Source: Bacteroidales bacterium
GTDB lineage: Bacteria > Bacteroidota > Bacteroidia > Bacteroidales > ML635J-15
Length of the DNA stretch: 64,000 bases
Assembly (NCBI GenBank): GCA_017617125.1
Contig: JAFZWY010000008.1
Location: 78,386 to 142,385 of the forward strand
Direction of reading: 5' to 3'
Made by a program: the position numbers and the translations under genes. The notes under the pieces are model-generated. The model saw only the letters and a list, made by a program, of their open reading frames with translations, did no database searches and was not told where the DNA came from. Shown here piece after piece: positions 8,798 to 17,685 of this stretch (position 1 is its first letter; each line of letters opens with the position of its first letter).

Positions 8798-9640
8798 ATG
8801 GAAGAACAACAGCAGGTTAGAAAGATTTTGGTCTATACCGATTTTACAGCGGTGGGAGAACGAAGTGTGCAGTGGGGCGTGTATTTCGCCGAAAAGTTCA
8901 AGATGGAACTGCTTCTGCTGCATGTGATAAACGAGAATACATACACATATTTCCCGAAAAATACAGCCGAGGATGATGCAAAGGAGGCGCTTGCCGAATA
9001 TTGCGAAACCATAAAGAAGGACCACGGCATAAATGCCGAGTATTATGTCGAGGAAGGTTGTACATGCACAATAATTAATTCCACTGCCGAGCGCATCGAC
9101 GCATATCTTATCGTGCTGGGAACTCACGGCAAGGACGATTTGCAGTTCCTGTCGGGAACTTCGGCTGTGAAGATAATCCGCAAGGCTAGAATTCCGTATT
9201 TCGTAATTCAGAAAAATACTCCTTATCCGAGCTACGGCAACAAGATTGTGCTTCCAATGGATGTCGCCAAGGAAATGAAGGAAAAGACCGGCTGGGTGAC
9301 TTATTTTGCAAAGCATCTGGAGCAGGTAATTGATATTGTCCACAAGAAAACAGACGACGGACGGTTGGCAAACAACTTGCAGTTCTGTACCAAGTTTTTC
9401 GATCGTTACGAGCTGGTTTACAATCGCATAGTGCTTGGCGACCGCAAGAGCATCGACCTTCAGGCGGTTGATTATGCTTCAAACAACGAGTGCAAGCTGA
9501 TTGTGATAACAACCACCAAGGAGGAGCGTCTGTGGCACAAGCTTTTCGGTTTTCCCGAAGCCAAGGTTATTGCCAACGAGAAAGGAATTCCTGTGTTGTG
9601 CGTAAATCCGAAAAAGGATTTGTATGTGCCTTGTATATAA
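8798..9640 (+). CDS. Universal stress protein family (tandem Usp domains)
   Basis: 280 aa. The pattern KILVYTDFT...LLLLHV...VLGTHGK...LIVITT is repeated twice, as in tandem UspA proteins. Confidence 0.65.
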   Translation: MEEQQQVRKILVYTDFTAVGERSVQWGVYFAEKFKMELLLLHVINENTYTYFPKNTAEDDAKEALAEYCETIKKDHGINAEYYVEEGCTCTIINSTAERIDAYLIVLGTHGKDDLQFLSGTSAVKIIRKARIPYFVIQKNTPYPSYGNKIVLPMDVAKEMKEKTGWVTYFAKHLEQVIDIVHKKTDDGRLANNLQFCTKFFDRYELVYNRIVLGDRKSIDLQAVDYASNNECKLIVITTTKEERLWHKLFGFPEAKVIANEKGIPVLCVNPKKDLYVPCI

Positions 9641-9699
9641 TAATAGCTGGCCTTGCACGTTGTATTTTCGGTACTTTTTTTGCATTGATTGATAATGAT

Positions 9700-9707
9700 T
9701 ATATTTG
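9700..9707 (+). promoter_or_regulatory. -7 promoter box (TAnnTTTG)
   Basis: TATATTTG, 20 nt upstream of the ATG at 9728. Confidence 0.5.
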
Positions 9708-9727
9708 CGAACGTTAATTTTTGAAAT

Positions 9728-10666
9728 ATGAAAACTATAGTATTAAAGATATTTCTTCCGTTGGTGATGGCGGTATTTGTTGCCGTTTCGGGCAATGCAC
9801 AGGTTATTGGCGAAAGACAGGCCGATGGCTCTGTAATAAACTACATCGACATAAATAAGAAGAAACAGGGCAAGTGGGTAAAGAAATACAGCAATGGCAA
9901 CGTCCGTTACGAGGGATTTTTTACCAACGATATACCGTCTGGCACTTTCAAGTATTATTTCGAAAGCGGCAAGAAAAAGTCGATACTCGTCTACAACGAC
10001 GATCATTCTTCGTCGGTAGAGATGTTCTGGGAAAGCGGAGCAACGTCAGCTACAGGCGGTTACGATCCTGAAAATAAACGTCATGGCGAATGGCACTTTT
10101 TCAACGAGTCGGGAAAACTCATCGAGGTTATAAATTATGTTCATGGCAAGGCCGAAGGCAATGTGAAGATATATTACCCCAATACTACGCAGCTTGCCCT
10201 CGATTGTATGTACGAAGGCGGAAAACGCAATGGCTACTACAAGTACTATTTTGCCAATGGCAATATGCACGAGGATGGTTTCTATAAGGATGGCTCCCGT
10301 CATGGACATTGGAAAATATATACCCCCGACGGTACTCTCGAGGAAGAAGGCGATTACGCATACGGAAACAAGGAAGGCGAGTGGATGGACTATCGTACGG
10401 TCAAGACAGGCGAAACCGTCGTTTACAAGCATGGTTATTCCGACAAGGAAAAGGAGCAGATGGAGGAATTGAGGCGTAAGGCCGAATGGGCTAAGGAGCA
10501 TCAGGACCAGTTTATGCATCCCGAGGATTATCTCGACGACCCGATGGAGTTCTTCCGTCACAATCCAAATGTCGACTATGGCGAGACGCCTGCAGGTACA
10601 CGCGAAGCGCCGGCAAATCCTAACAATACAAGGTCGGGAAGTCAAAAGAAAGGTTCACGCAAATAG
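9728..10666 (+). CDS. Secreted MORN-variant repeat protein (YwqK-like)
   Basis: Signal peptide. Repeated G.W..Y..NG....EG.Y..G...G.W units, for example GKWVKKYSNGNVRYEGFF and GEWHFFNESGKLIEVINY. Confidence 0.6.
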   Translation: MKTIVLKIFLPLVMAVFVAVSGNAQVIGERQADGSVINYIDINKKKQGKWVKKYSNGNVRYEGFFTNDIPSGTFKYYFESGKKKSILVYNDDHSSSVEMFWESGATSATGGYDPENKRHGEWHFFNESGKLIEVINYVHGKAEGNVKIYYPNTTQLALDCMYEGGKRNGYYKYYFANGNMHEDGFYKDGSRHGHWKIYTPDGTLEEEGDYAYGNKEGEWMDYRTVKTGETVVYKHGYSDKEKEQMEELRRKAEWAKEHQDQFMHPEDYLDDPMEFFRHNPNVDYGETPAGTREAPANPNNTRSGSQKKGSRK

Positions 10667-10675
10667 TCTGCTGAA

Positions 10676-11749
10676 ATGAAAAGGCTTCTTCTTGCAATGA
10701 GCGGCGGCATCGATAGTTCGGTGTCGGCACTTATGCTGCTCGACAAGTACGAAATTGTGGGCGCAACCTTTCGTACTTACGATTCGATGAAGGAATCCTG
10801 CATTGCCCGCGAAAAAGGATGTTGCACTATCGAAAGCATAATGGAAGCCAAGCGTTTTGCCCAGTCGTTGGGAATTGACCATCATATTGTCGATTTCCGC
10901 GAGCGTTTCGCCGAGACAGTAATCAGCAATTTTGTTTCCGAATACCTTCACGGGCGTACGCCAAATCCCTGTGTTGTCTGCAACCGAGAGATAAAGTGGG
11001 GCGTTATGTTGCAAAAAGCCGACGAACTTGGTTGCGAATACATTGCAACTGGACATTATGCGCGTATTATGCACGAAAATGGACGCTATTTTTTGCGTAA
11101 GGGCGTTGATTTGAGCAAAGACCAGACATATTTCTTATGGCGTTTGTCGCAGGAAAATCTTGCACGTACAGTTTTCCCTCTTGGCGAATACACTAAGGAT
11201 CAAATCCGTGCAATAGCCGACGAAAAAGGATTCAAGGCATTGGTAAAAAAACGCGAAAGTCAGGAAATCTGCTTTGTGCCCGACGACGATTATAGGAATT
11301 TCCTTCGTTCGCAGGTTCCGGATATTGATGAAAAAATAGGAGAGGGCGACATTGTTTCTCCCGACGGAAAGGTGCTTGGGAAGCACAAAGGATTTCCATT
11401 TTATACTATAGGTCAGCGCAAAGGCTTGAATGTGGCGGTAGGACATCCCGTGTTTGTAACTGAGATTAATCCCGAAAAAAATACGGTTACTCTTGGCGAA
11501 CGCGAGGATTTGTTGAAAACCGAAATCTTTGTCGGCGATTTGAACTTCATGAAGTATGAGAATTTACTTTCACCGATGAGGTTGGAATGCAAGATTCGCT
11601 ACAATAGCAAGGGCGTTGATTGTGAGGTTGTCCAGGAAGGCGATAGGTTGCATATAAGGTTCGACCAGCCGGTTTCGGCAGCAACTCCTGGTCAGTCTGC
11701 TGTGCTGTACGAAGGCGACGATGTGGTTGCCGGTGGCGTTATAGAATAA
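10676..11749 (+). CDS. mnmA: tRNA 2-thiouridine(34) synthase MnmA
   Basis: PP-loop AMSGGIDSSVSA, the NPCVVCN motif, and HYAR; 357 aa. Confidence 0.9.
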   Translation: MKRLLLAMSGGIDSSVSALMLLDKYEIVGATFRTYDSMKESCIAREKGCCTIESIMEAKRFAQSLGIDHHIVDFRERFAETVISNFVSEYLHGRTPNPCVVCNREIKWGVMLQKADELGCEYIATGHYARIMHENGRYFLRKGVDLSKDQTYFLWRLSQENLARTVFPLGEYTKDQIRAIADEKGFKALVKKRESQEICFVPDDDYRNFLRSQVPDIDEKIGEGDIVSPDGKVLGKHKGFPFYTIGQRKGLNVAVGHPVFVTEINPEKNTVTLGEREDLLKTEIFVGDLNFMKYENLLSPMRLECKIRYNSKGVDCEVVQEGDRLHIRFDQPVSAATPGQSAVLYEGDDVVAGGVIE

Positions 11750-11751
11750 AA

Positions 11752-11792
11752 AAATACATTGCTTATCATGTTGATAAACAATGTATTCTTTT
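11752..11792. terminator. Hairpin plus T-run between convergent genes
   Basis: aatacattg ... caatgtatt with inner ttatca/tgataa pairing, followed by cttttt. Confidence 0.55.
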
Positions 11793-11807
11793 TACTTATT
11801 TATGCTC

Positions 11808-12311
11808 TTAATCTTTCTCTGTAAGCTTAATAAAGAGGACATCGTTTATATTGTTAGAATCGCATGTGCTACGGCAGGAGATATTCAGGTCATATTGAAA
11901 TTTTTCATTGCCATCTTCGTCCGTAATTATTTTAGCGTCGCTGTATGAGAATTTTATACCTTGGTATGTATATTCTCCGCTTGTCTTTCCTGCTTTTAGA
12001 TCGTTGTAGGCTTTAGTCTGAAAATCAATAATGCTTTCGTCAATAAATCTATCGAAAGGGGTAGTTGTCGGGATGAAAATATCAGGACAAGCTACATTTC
12101 CTTTGCCTTTGCACTCCATAAACACAAGGTTGCCATTCGTGTCATATCTTTGTTCTACTGATTTGTAACCTATACCTCCTAAGTGCTTATTGTATTTGCC
12201 TCCGCTTTTCATTATAGTCAAAATTTCATCGCTTGCGGTGAAGTCTTCTTCTTGTGCATTTACAACCGAAAATAATGCTATTCCAAGCACTAAAAATAAT
12301 AATTTTTTCAT
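11808..12311 (-). CDS. Hypothetical secreted protein (167 aa)
   Basis: ATG start and signal peptide MKKLLFLVLGIALFSVVNAQ. No recognised motif. Confidence 0.6.
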   Translation of the reverse strand: MKKLLFLVLGIALFSVVNAQEEDFTASDEILTIMKSGGKYNKHLGGIGYKSVEQRYDTNGNLVFMECKGKGNVACPDIFIPTTTPFDRFIDESIIDFQTKAYNDLKAGKTSGEYTYQGIKFSYSDAKIITDEDGNEKFQYDLNISCRSTCDSNNINDVLFIKLTEKD

Positions 12312-12353
12312 ATCGAACCCTATTTTATCGTTAAACTTAAATATTATCGGTTA

Positions 12354-12361
12354 CAAATATA
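12354..12361 (-). promoter_or_regulatory. -7 promoter box (TAnnTTTG)
   Basis: Minus-strand TATATTTG, 42 nt upstream of the ATG at 12311. Confidence 0.45.
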
Positions 12362-12399
12362 ATGCTTTTGATTTAAAGCGTGCATACTTTTTCTGGGAA

Positions 12400-12438
12400 A
12401 AATCAAAAATCGTAAATCGTACTTCGTAAATCGTAAAT
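12400..12438. repeat. Periodic A/T-rich tract (tcgtaaa words)
   Basis: aatcaaaaatcgtaaatcgtacttcgtaaatcgtaaat. Same style as the tracts at 19404, 24355 and 58795. Confidence 0.6.
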
Positions 12439-12445
12439 AATTTTT

Positions 12446-12453
12446 TATTTTTG
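12446..12453 (+). promoter_or_regulatory. -7 promoter box (TAnnTTTG)
   Basis: TATTTTTG, 27 nt upstream of the trxB ATG. Confidence 0.5.
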
Positions 12454-12480
12454 CAGAAATTTGAGTTTAGGTAAAAGAAT

Positions 12481-13413
12481 ATGACAGAAAAAGTAAAATG
12501 CCTGATTATAGGTTCAGGCCCTGCTGGTTTCACGGCAGCAATATATGCATCGAGAGCAAATTTGAGTCCTGTTGTTTACGAAGGTTTGCAGCCGGGCGGT
12601 CAGTTGACAATCACTACCGAAATTGAGAATTTCCCAGGTTATCCAAACGGAGTTACTGGTCCCGAAATGATGAACCAGCTTCGCGAGCAGGCAAAGCGCT
12701 TCGGCACTGATGTCCGCAGTGGTATTATTACCGAGGTTGATTTTTCGCACCGTCCTTTCCATGTTGTTGTTGACAACGGCGATGAAATTGATGCCGAAGT
12801 TGTGATTATTGCTACTGGTGCAACGGCCAATTATCTCGGACTTGAGTCGGAGCAGAAGTTGAAAGGTTTTGGCGTGTCGGCATGTGCTACCTGCGACGGT
12901 TTCTTCTACCGCAAGAAGGATGTCGCTGTAGTTGGTGGTGGCGATACTGCTGCCGAGGAAGCTACCTATCTCGCAGGCATTTGCAACAAGGTATACATGA
13001 TTGTCCGCCGCGACGAACTTCGTGCTTCGAAGGCAATGCAGAAGCGCGTAATGGAAAATCCTAAGATAGAAGTTCTTTGGAACTGCAACACAAAGGAAGT
13101 TCTTGGCAACGAGATGGACGGTGTTACTGGTGCTCTTTTGCTCAACAACAAGACCAACGAAGAAAAGACAATTGACATCAGCGGTTTCTTCGTAGCAATA
13201 GGACATACGCCTAATACAAAGGTATTTGCAAAGTATATCGACCTCGACGAGAAGGGCTACATCAAGACTATCCCGGGTACGGCAAAGACCAATGTTCCTG
13301 GCGTGTTCGCATGTGGTGATGTCCAGGATCCGAATTACCGTCAGGCAATTACGGCTGCCGGTTCTGGATGCAAGGCCGCTATCGATGCAGAACATTTCCT
13401 GTTGGAATACTAA
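12481..13413 (+). CDS. trxB: Thioredoxin-disulfide reductase
   Basis: GSGPAG FAD motif, redox-active CATCDG, GGGDTAAEEA NADPH motif; 310 aa. Confidence 0.92.
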   Translation: MTEKVKCLIIGSGPAGFTAAIYASRANLSPVVYEGLQPGGQLTITTEIENFPGYPNGVTGPEMMNQLREQAKRFGTDVRSGIITEVDFSHRPFHVVVDNGDEIDAEVVIIATGATANYLGLESEQKLKGFGVSACATCDGFFYRKKDVAVVGGGDTAAEEATYLAGICNKVYMIVRRDELRASKAMQKRVMENPKIEVLWNCNTKEVLGNEMDGVTGALLLNNKTNEEKTIDISGFFVAIGHTPNTKVFAKYIDLDEKGYIKTIPGTAKTNVPGVFACGDVQDPNYRQAITAAGSGCKAAIDAEHFLLEY

Positions 13414-13490
13414 TAAATAGGTGTAGATAGAGATTTTGAAATACCCTCTCTTGCTGCTCTCTGAGCTGTATTGTGCCTATGGTTCTTTCT

Positions 13491-13532
13491 GATTTGCAAT
13501 CCGAAAGCCCCGAATATTAGCATTTGTAATGC
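13491..13532. repeat. Short hairpins upstream of the RAYT gene
   Basis: gatt-tgc-aatc (13491-13501) and gcatt-tgt-aatgc (13520-13532). Confidence 0.45.
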
Positions 13533-13547
13533 GCCAAAAAATTAACC

Positions 13548-14090
13548 ATGCATTCATCTCTAACTAAGGAACTATATTTCACAACATCAACTGTTGTTGA
13601 CTGGGTTGATGTCTTTACTCGTCCAGAATATAAGCATATTATTTTGGAATCACTTGCATATTGTCAAAAGAACAAAGATCTTGATTTATATGCGTGGGTA
13701 TTAATGACAAATCATCTTCACATGATTGTCGGAACAAGAAATGAAGAAGCTAACATTTCCGATATATTGCGTGATTTCAAGAAATACACAAGCAAAAAAA
13801 TAGTTGATGCTATTAATGATAATGTGCGAGAAAGTAGGAAAGATTGGATGATGGATAGATTTTGGTTTGTAGGTAATAACGATAGGAAAATAAAGAATTT
13901 CAAGTTTTGGCAAGATGGCAGTTATATTGAGACTCTTTACTCTTACGATTTTTACTTGCAAAAACTTGATTACATACATAATAATCCTGTCGTGAGCGAG
14001 ATTGTTGAGAAACCTGAAGATTATCTTTATAGTTCTGCGCGTGATTATGCAGGTATAAAGGGATTGTTGGATGTGATAGTGGAGAAATGA
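13548..14090 (+). CDS. IS200/IS605-like Y1 (HUH) transposase, REP-associated (RAYT) type
   Basis: 180 aa with HUH motif NHLHMIV and a C-terminal YIHNNPV tyrosine region, the typical single-domain RAYT layout. Confidence 0.7.
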   Translation: MHSSLTKELYFTTSTVVDWVDVFTRPEYKHIILESLAYCQKNKDLDLYAWVLMTNHLHMIVGTRNEEANISDILRDFKKYTSKKIVDAINDNVRESRKDWMMDRFWFVGNNDRKIKNFKFWQDGSYIETLYSYDFYLQKLDYIHNNPVVSEIVEKPEDYLYSSARDYAGIKGLLDVIVEK

Positions 14091-14111
14091 GAATTGCGGA
14101 TAATAATAGGC

Positions 14112-14154
14112 GGATTGAAAATCCTTATATTCATTTGGTCTGGATTGCAAATCC
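14112..14154. repeat. Two hairpins downstream of the RAYT gene
   Basis: ggatt-gaa-aatcc (14112-14124) and ggatt-gca-aatcc (14142-14154). The latter is the inverse of gatttgcaatcc at 13491. Confidence 0.5.
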
Positions 14155-14188
14155 AGACAACGCTGCTTCGCTAAATATATAATAGGTT

Positions 14189-14836
14189 ATGACTAAGAAG
14201 GAAAGATACGAGAACGTTCTTGCTTGGTTCAAGCAGAATATGGGCAAGGTGGAAACGGAATTGCACTACGGCAATCCGTTCCAGTTGCTTGTGGCAGTAA
14301 TGTTGTCGGCACAATGTACCGACAAGCGCGTGAACATGGTTACGCCGGCTTTATTTGCTGCATATCCCGATGCCCAGTCGATGAGCAAGGCGAGCGAGGA
14401 GGATATTCTGTCGTATGTTAAGTCGGTTACTTATCCCAACGCCAAGGCTAAGCATCTGTTGGAGACCGCAAAAATCGTTGCCGAAAGCTATGGTGGAGAA
14501 GTCCCCGATGACGACAAGCTGTTGCAGAAGCTTCCAGGTGTAGGACGTAAGACCGCACATGTTGTGCAGGCTGTCCTTTTCAACCGTCCCGAAATGCCTG
14601 TCGATACGCATGTTTTCAGGGTGTCGGCACGCATAGGTTTGACGACCAATGCTAAGAATGTGCTTCAGACCGAAAAACAATTGGTAAAATACATTCCCAA
14701 GGCCGATATTCCTGATGCTCACCACTATTTGATACTTCATGGACGATATGTTTGCACGGCTCGCTCTCCTAAATGTGCATCGTGCGGAATATCAGCATAT
14801 TGTGCGTTTTATCAACAAAATGCTAACAAAGGATAA
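14189..14836 (+). CDS. nth: Endonuclease III
   Basis: HhH-GPD region LPGVGRKTAHVV and C-terminal 4Fe-4S cluster C.......C..C.....C. Confidence 0.9.
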   Translation: MTKKERYENVLAWFKQNMGKVETELHYGNPFQLLVAVMLSAQCTDKRVNMVTPALFAAYPDAQSMSKASEEDILSYVKSVTYPNAKAKHLLETAKIVAESYGGEVPDDDKLLQKLPGVGRKTAHVVQAVLFNRPEMPVDTHVFRVSARIGLTTNAKNVLQTEKQLVKYIPKADIPDAHHYLILHGRYVCTARSPKCASCGISAYCAFYQQNANKG

Positions 14837-14882
14837 TTTTTTGGATACTTATAATTATTTTCGCGTTCGAGAATTTTGAGTT

Positions 14883-16661
14883 ATGGAGAAGGATATAGTT
14901 AGGTATATCGGAGAGGTATTGTCCGACTTGTATGTTGTTGATCCTAAGTCGGTAACAATATCGTTGGAGAGAACAAAACCTGGAATCGAAGGCGATTTCA
15001 CGGTTGTGGTTTTCCCGTTTACGAAGTACAGCAAGAAGAGTCCTATGGACACTGCCAAGGAAATTGGCGTTTCGCTGAAGTCGCGTTGCGAGGACATCGA
15101 TTCCTACAATGTGATTCAGGGATTCCTCAATATTAGCATGACGCACGAATATTGGGTCAAGAGACTCAACAATCTTGCTTCACCTTCGAAAAAGAAGGAT
15201 GATTCGGCTAAGCCGTTGATAATGGTTGAATTTTCGTCACCAAATACCAACAAGCCTTTGCATCTTGGTCATTTGCGTAACAATTTCCTCGGTGATTCGG
15301 TTTCGCGTATAATCAAGGCTGCCGGAAACAATGTCATGAAGGTTAACCTTGTGAACGACCGCGGAATACATATCTGCAAGTCGATGATTGCATGGCAGAA
15401 GTGGGGCAATGGCATTACTCCCGAATCGGCAGGCAAGAAGGGCGACAAGCTTGTTGGCGACTTCTATGTGCTGTTCAGCAACAAGTATAAGGAGGAAATT
15501 GCCCAGTTGAAGGCTCAAGGCCTAAGCGACGAGGAAGCCGAAAAGAAATCTGCACTCATGGCCGAAACCCGCGAAATGCTTCAGAAATGGGAGGCCGGTG
15601 ACGAGGAAGTTCGTCGCGTATGGAAGATGATGAACGAATGGGTTTACGCTGGTTTCGATGAGACTTACAAGAAAATCGGTATTTCGTTCGATAGAATATA
15701 TTACGAATCACAGACTTATCTGCTTGGCAAGTCGATAGTGCAGAAAGGTCTCGACCGTGGCGTTTTTGTCCGCGATGCTGATACTTCGGTGTGGATTGAC
15801 CTTACAAACGAAGGACTTGACCGCAAGATTTTGCTCCGTAGCGACGGCACAACAGTTTATATGACTCAGGATATAGGTACTGCCGCTCAGCGTTTCGACG
15901 AATATCATCCCGATAAGCTGATATATGTTGTTGGAAACGAGCAAGATTACCATTTTGCAGTGCTGAAGAAGGTCGTTCAGCGTTTGGGAGAGGACTACTA
16001 CGATAGGATTTTCCATCTTTCGTATGGTATGGTCGAATTGCCCGAAGGCAAGATGAAGTCGCGCGAGGGTACAGTTGTCGATGCCGACGACCTTGTTGCC
16101 GACATGATTGAAACTGCCCGTGCAATATCCGAAGAAAACGGTAAGCTTGGCGATTTGAGTGAAGCAGAACGCAACCGCATCATCGAAATGATTGCAATAG
16201 GCGCACTCAAGTATTTCATCCTCAAGGTTGACCCGAAGAAGCAGATGGTTTTCAATCCTAAGGAATCTATCGATTTCAACGGAAATACCGGCCCTTTCAT
16301 ACAGTACACGCACGCACGTATCTGCTCGATATTGCGTAAGGCAAAGGAGCAGAATATTAATCTTACCAAACGCATTTCCGAGGATGTTCATCTGCTCGAC
16401 AAGGAAGTAAGCATCATTTCGAACTTGTGTTCGTTTGACAAAGTTGTCGAGGAGTCGGCAAAGAAGTTCGACCCGGGACAGGTTGCCAACTATGTGTACA
16501 ACTTGTGCAAGGAGTTCAACCAGTTCTACCACGACTATTCAATTTTGAACGAGAACGATCCCAATGTGATTCTGCTCCGTCTGCGTTTGTCGCAGCAGGT
16601 AGCAAAGACCATAAAGGAAGGTATGGGATTGCTCGGAATCGACGTGCCCGAAGTAATGTAG
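14883..16661 (+). CDS. argS: Arginine--tRNA ligase
   Basis: Class I signature PLHLGHLRN, the KMKSREG variant of KMSKS, and a C-terminal anticodon-binding domain; 592 aa. Confidence 0.92.
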   Translation: MEKDIVRYIGEVLSDLYVVDPKSVTISLERTKPGIEGDFTVVVFPFTKYSKKSPMDTAKEIGVSLKSRCEDIDSYNVIQGFLNISMTHEYWVKRLNNLASPSKKKDDSAKPLIMVEFSSPNTNKPLHLGHLRNNFLGDSVSRIIKAAGNNVMKVNLVNDRGIHICKSMIAWQKWGNGITPESAGKKGDKLVGDFYVLFSNKYKEEIAQLKAQGLSDEEAEKKSALMAETREMLQKWEAGDEEVRRVWKMMNEWVYAGFDETYKKIGISFDRIYYESQTYLLGKSIVQKGLDRGVFVRDADTSVWIDLTNEGLDRKILLRSDGTTVYMTQDIGTAAQRFDEYHPDKLIYVVGNEQDYHFAVLKKVVQRLGEDYYDRIFHLSYGMVELPEGKMKSREGTVVDADDLVADMIETARAISEENGKLGDLSEAERNRIIEMIAIGALKYFILKVDPKKQMVFNPKESIDFNGNTGPFIQYTHARICSILRKAKEQNINLTKRISEDVHLLDKEVSIISNLCSFDKVVEESAKKFDPGQVANYVYNLCKEFNQFYHDYSILNENDPNVILLRLRLSQQVAKTIKEGMGLLGIDVPEVM

Positions 16662-16690
16662 TGCATAATATAATATATAGTAGTGGACAG

Positions 16691-16726
16691 TCCCCAATAT
16701 TAAAAACATTGGGGATTGTTTTTTTT
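16691..16726 (+). terminator. Intrinsic terminator of argS
   Basis: tccccaat / attgggga stem followed by ttgtttttttt. Confidence 0.65.
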
Positions 16727-16760
16727 ATCACATTGTCCTCTATATGCTCTCCTTTTTAGC

Positions 16761-16840
16761 CATCCTGAACTTGTTTCAGCACCGGTCATCCTGAACTTGT
16801 TTCAGGATCTTAGTAACGGATGCTGAAATAAATTCAGCAT
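16761..16840. repeat. Cluster of palindromic hairpin repeats
   Basis: The direct repeat catcctgaacttgtttcag occurs at 16761-16779 and 16787-16805. There are perfect 8-bp-stem hairpins at 16788-16808 (atcctgaa cttgt ttcaggat) and 16820-16840 (atgctgaa ataaa ttcagcat). Confidence 0.8.
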
Positions 16841-16919
16841 GACTTTAACGTTCATGACAAGAATAGACTATTATTGTTTTTAGTATTATATTGTTTTTTT
16901 GTGTGCGACGAATTTTATT

Positions 16920-16927
16920 TACTTTTG
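16920..16927 (+). promoter_or_regulatory. -7 promoter box (TAnnTTTG)
   Basis: TACTTTTG lies inside the TTG-initiated track ORF (16899) and 16 nt upstream of the in-frame GTG at 16944. Confidence 0.45.
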
Positions 16928-16943
16928 CGCAAAACTTTTGGCA

Positions 16944-17681
16944 GTGTCTTTCTTTCGCAGAAATATCAATGGTATACTTGGAACAATATTGTTCCATCTG
17001 ATAGTGATATGCGTGTGCCTCGCCTGCAAGATTGGCGTGATACAGAAGGAGCCCGAAAGTTATATCATAATTGATCCACAGGATTTTGAGATGGACGACA
17101 AATCGCAGTCGTCGGAGGCAGAAGACGAAATGATGACAGACGAGCAGATTGACCAGTACTTGCAGAATCTAGGCATTGCAGGCTCGAATTATTCGGGAAC
17201 ACGAACCTATCAGCCATCGTCGGGTCAATCGATGTCGGAAGCCGACATGAAGGCAAAGTATGAGGAGCAATTCCTGCGCGAAAAGTATGGAGACGACTAC
17301 AACGATGCGCAGAACCGTACTTACGAGGATTACATCGACCAGTCGCGCATGGAGCAGTACAAGTCCGACAATAAGCCGCGCAATATGGTTAAGTCTGGAC
17401 CAGCCTTGGTGTATGCCGAACTCGATAACAAACAGCGCGAAGTTTCGTATCTGCATGTGCCTGTATTTACCTGCGAGGGAAGCGGGGTAGTTGTGGTGCG
17501 TATTTCGGTTGCGTCGAGCGGAAAGGTTTCGTCGGCAGAGGTTGTTTCGTCAAATCTTACCGCCGATGTCGAATGTCTGACGAATGCAGCACGTACGGCA
17601 GCACTAAAATCTTCGTTCTCAAAGATTTCGGGAAATAAGACCGAAGGCGGGAAGATTACCTATACCTTTGTGCGACAATAA
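16944..17681 (+). CDS. TonB-like energy transducer (N-terminal TM, acidic linker, TonB_C-like domain); start uncertain
   Basis: TM ILGTILFHLIVICVCLACKIGVI. C-terminal EGSGVVVVRISVASSGKVSSAEVV...NAARTAALKSSF resembles the TonB C-terminal domain. There is no in-frame ATG before the TM, so the GTG at 16944 is proposed as the start. Confidence 0.45.
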   Translation: MSFFRRNINGILGTILFHLIVICVCLACKIGVIQKEPESYIIIDPQDFEMDDKSQSSEAEDEMMTDEQIDQYLQNLGIAGSNYSGTRTYQPSSGQSMSEADMKAKYEEQFLREKYGDDYNDAQNRTYEDYIDQSRMEQYKSDNKPRNMVKSGPALVYAELDNKQREVSYLHVPVFTCEGSGVVVVRISVASSGKVSSAEVVSSNLTADVECLTNAARTAALKSSFSKISGNKTEGGKITYTFVRQ

Positions 17682-17685
17682 TCTG

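Noticed and set aside
8753-9343. A 196-aa minus-strand ORF overlapping the usp gene.
   Set aside because: It is antisense to a 280-aa ORF with the tandem Usp pattern, and it has no motif or plausible promoter.
12514-13395. There is a 293-aa ORF fully antisense to trxB. Similar long antisense ORFs lie at 15708-16532 (argS), 28125-28916 (ligA), 34708-35718 (hutU), 42162-42797 (C69 peptidase), 48353-48961 (protease), 50104-50820 (ftsY), 55812-56534 (cobW) and 57048-57719 (AraC regulator).
   Set aside because: Each lies opposite a gene with unmistakable family motifs. Their translations are low-complexity or Cys/Arg/His-rich with no motifs. This is the typical shadow-ORF effect of codon bias.
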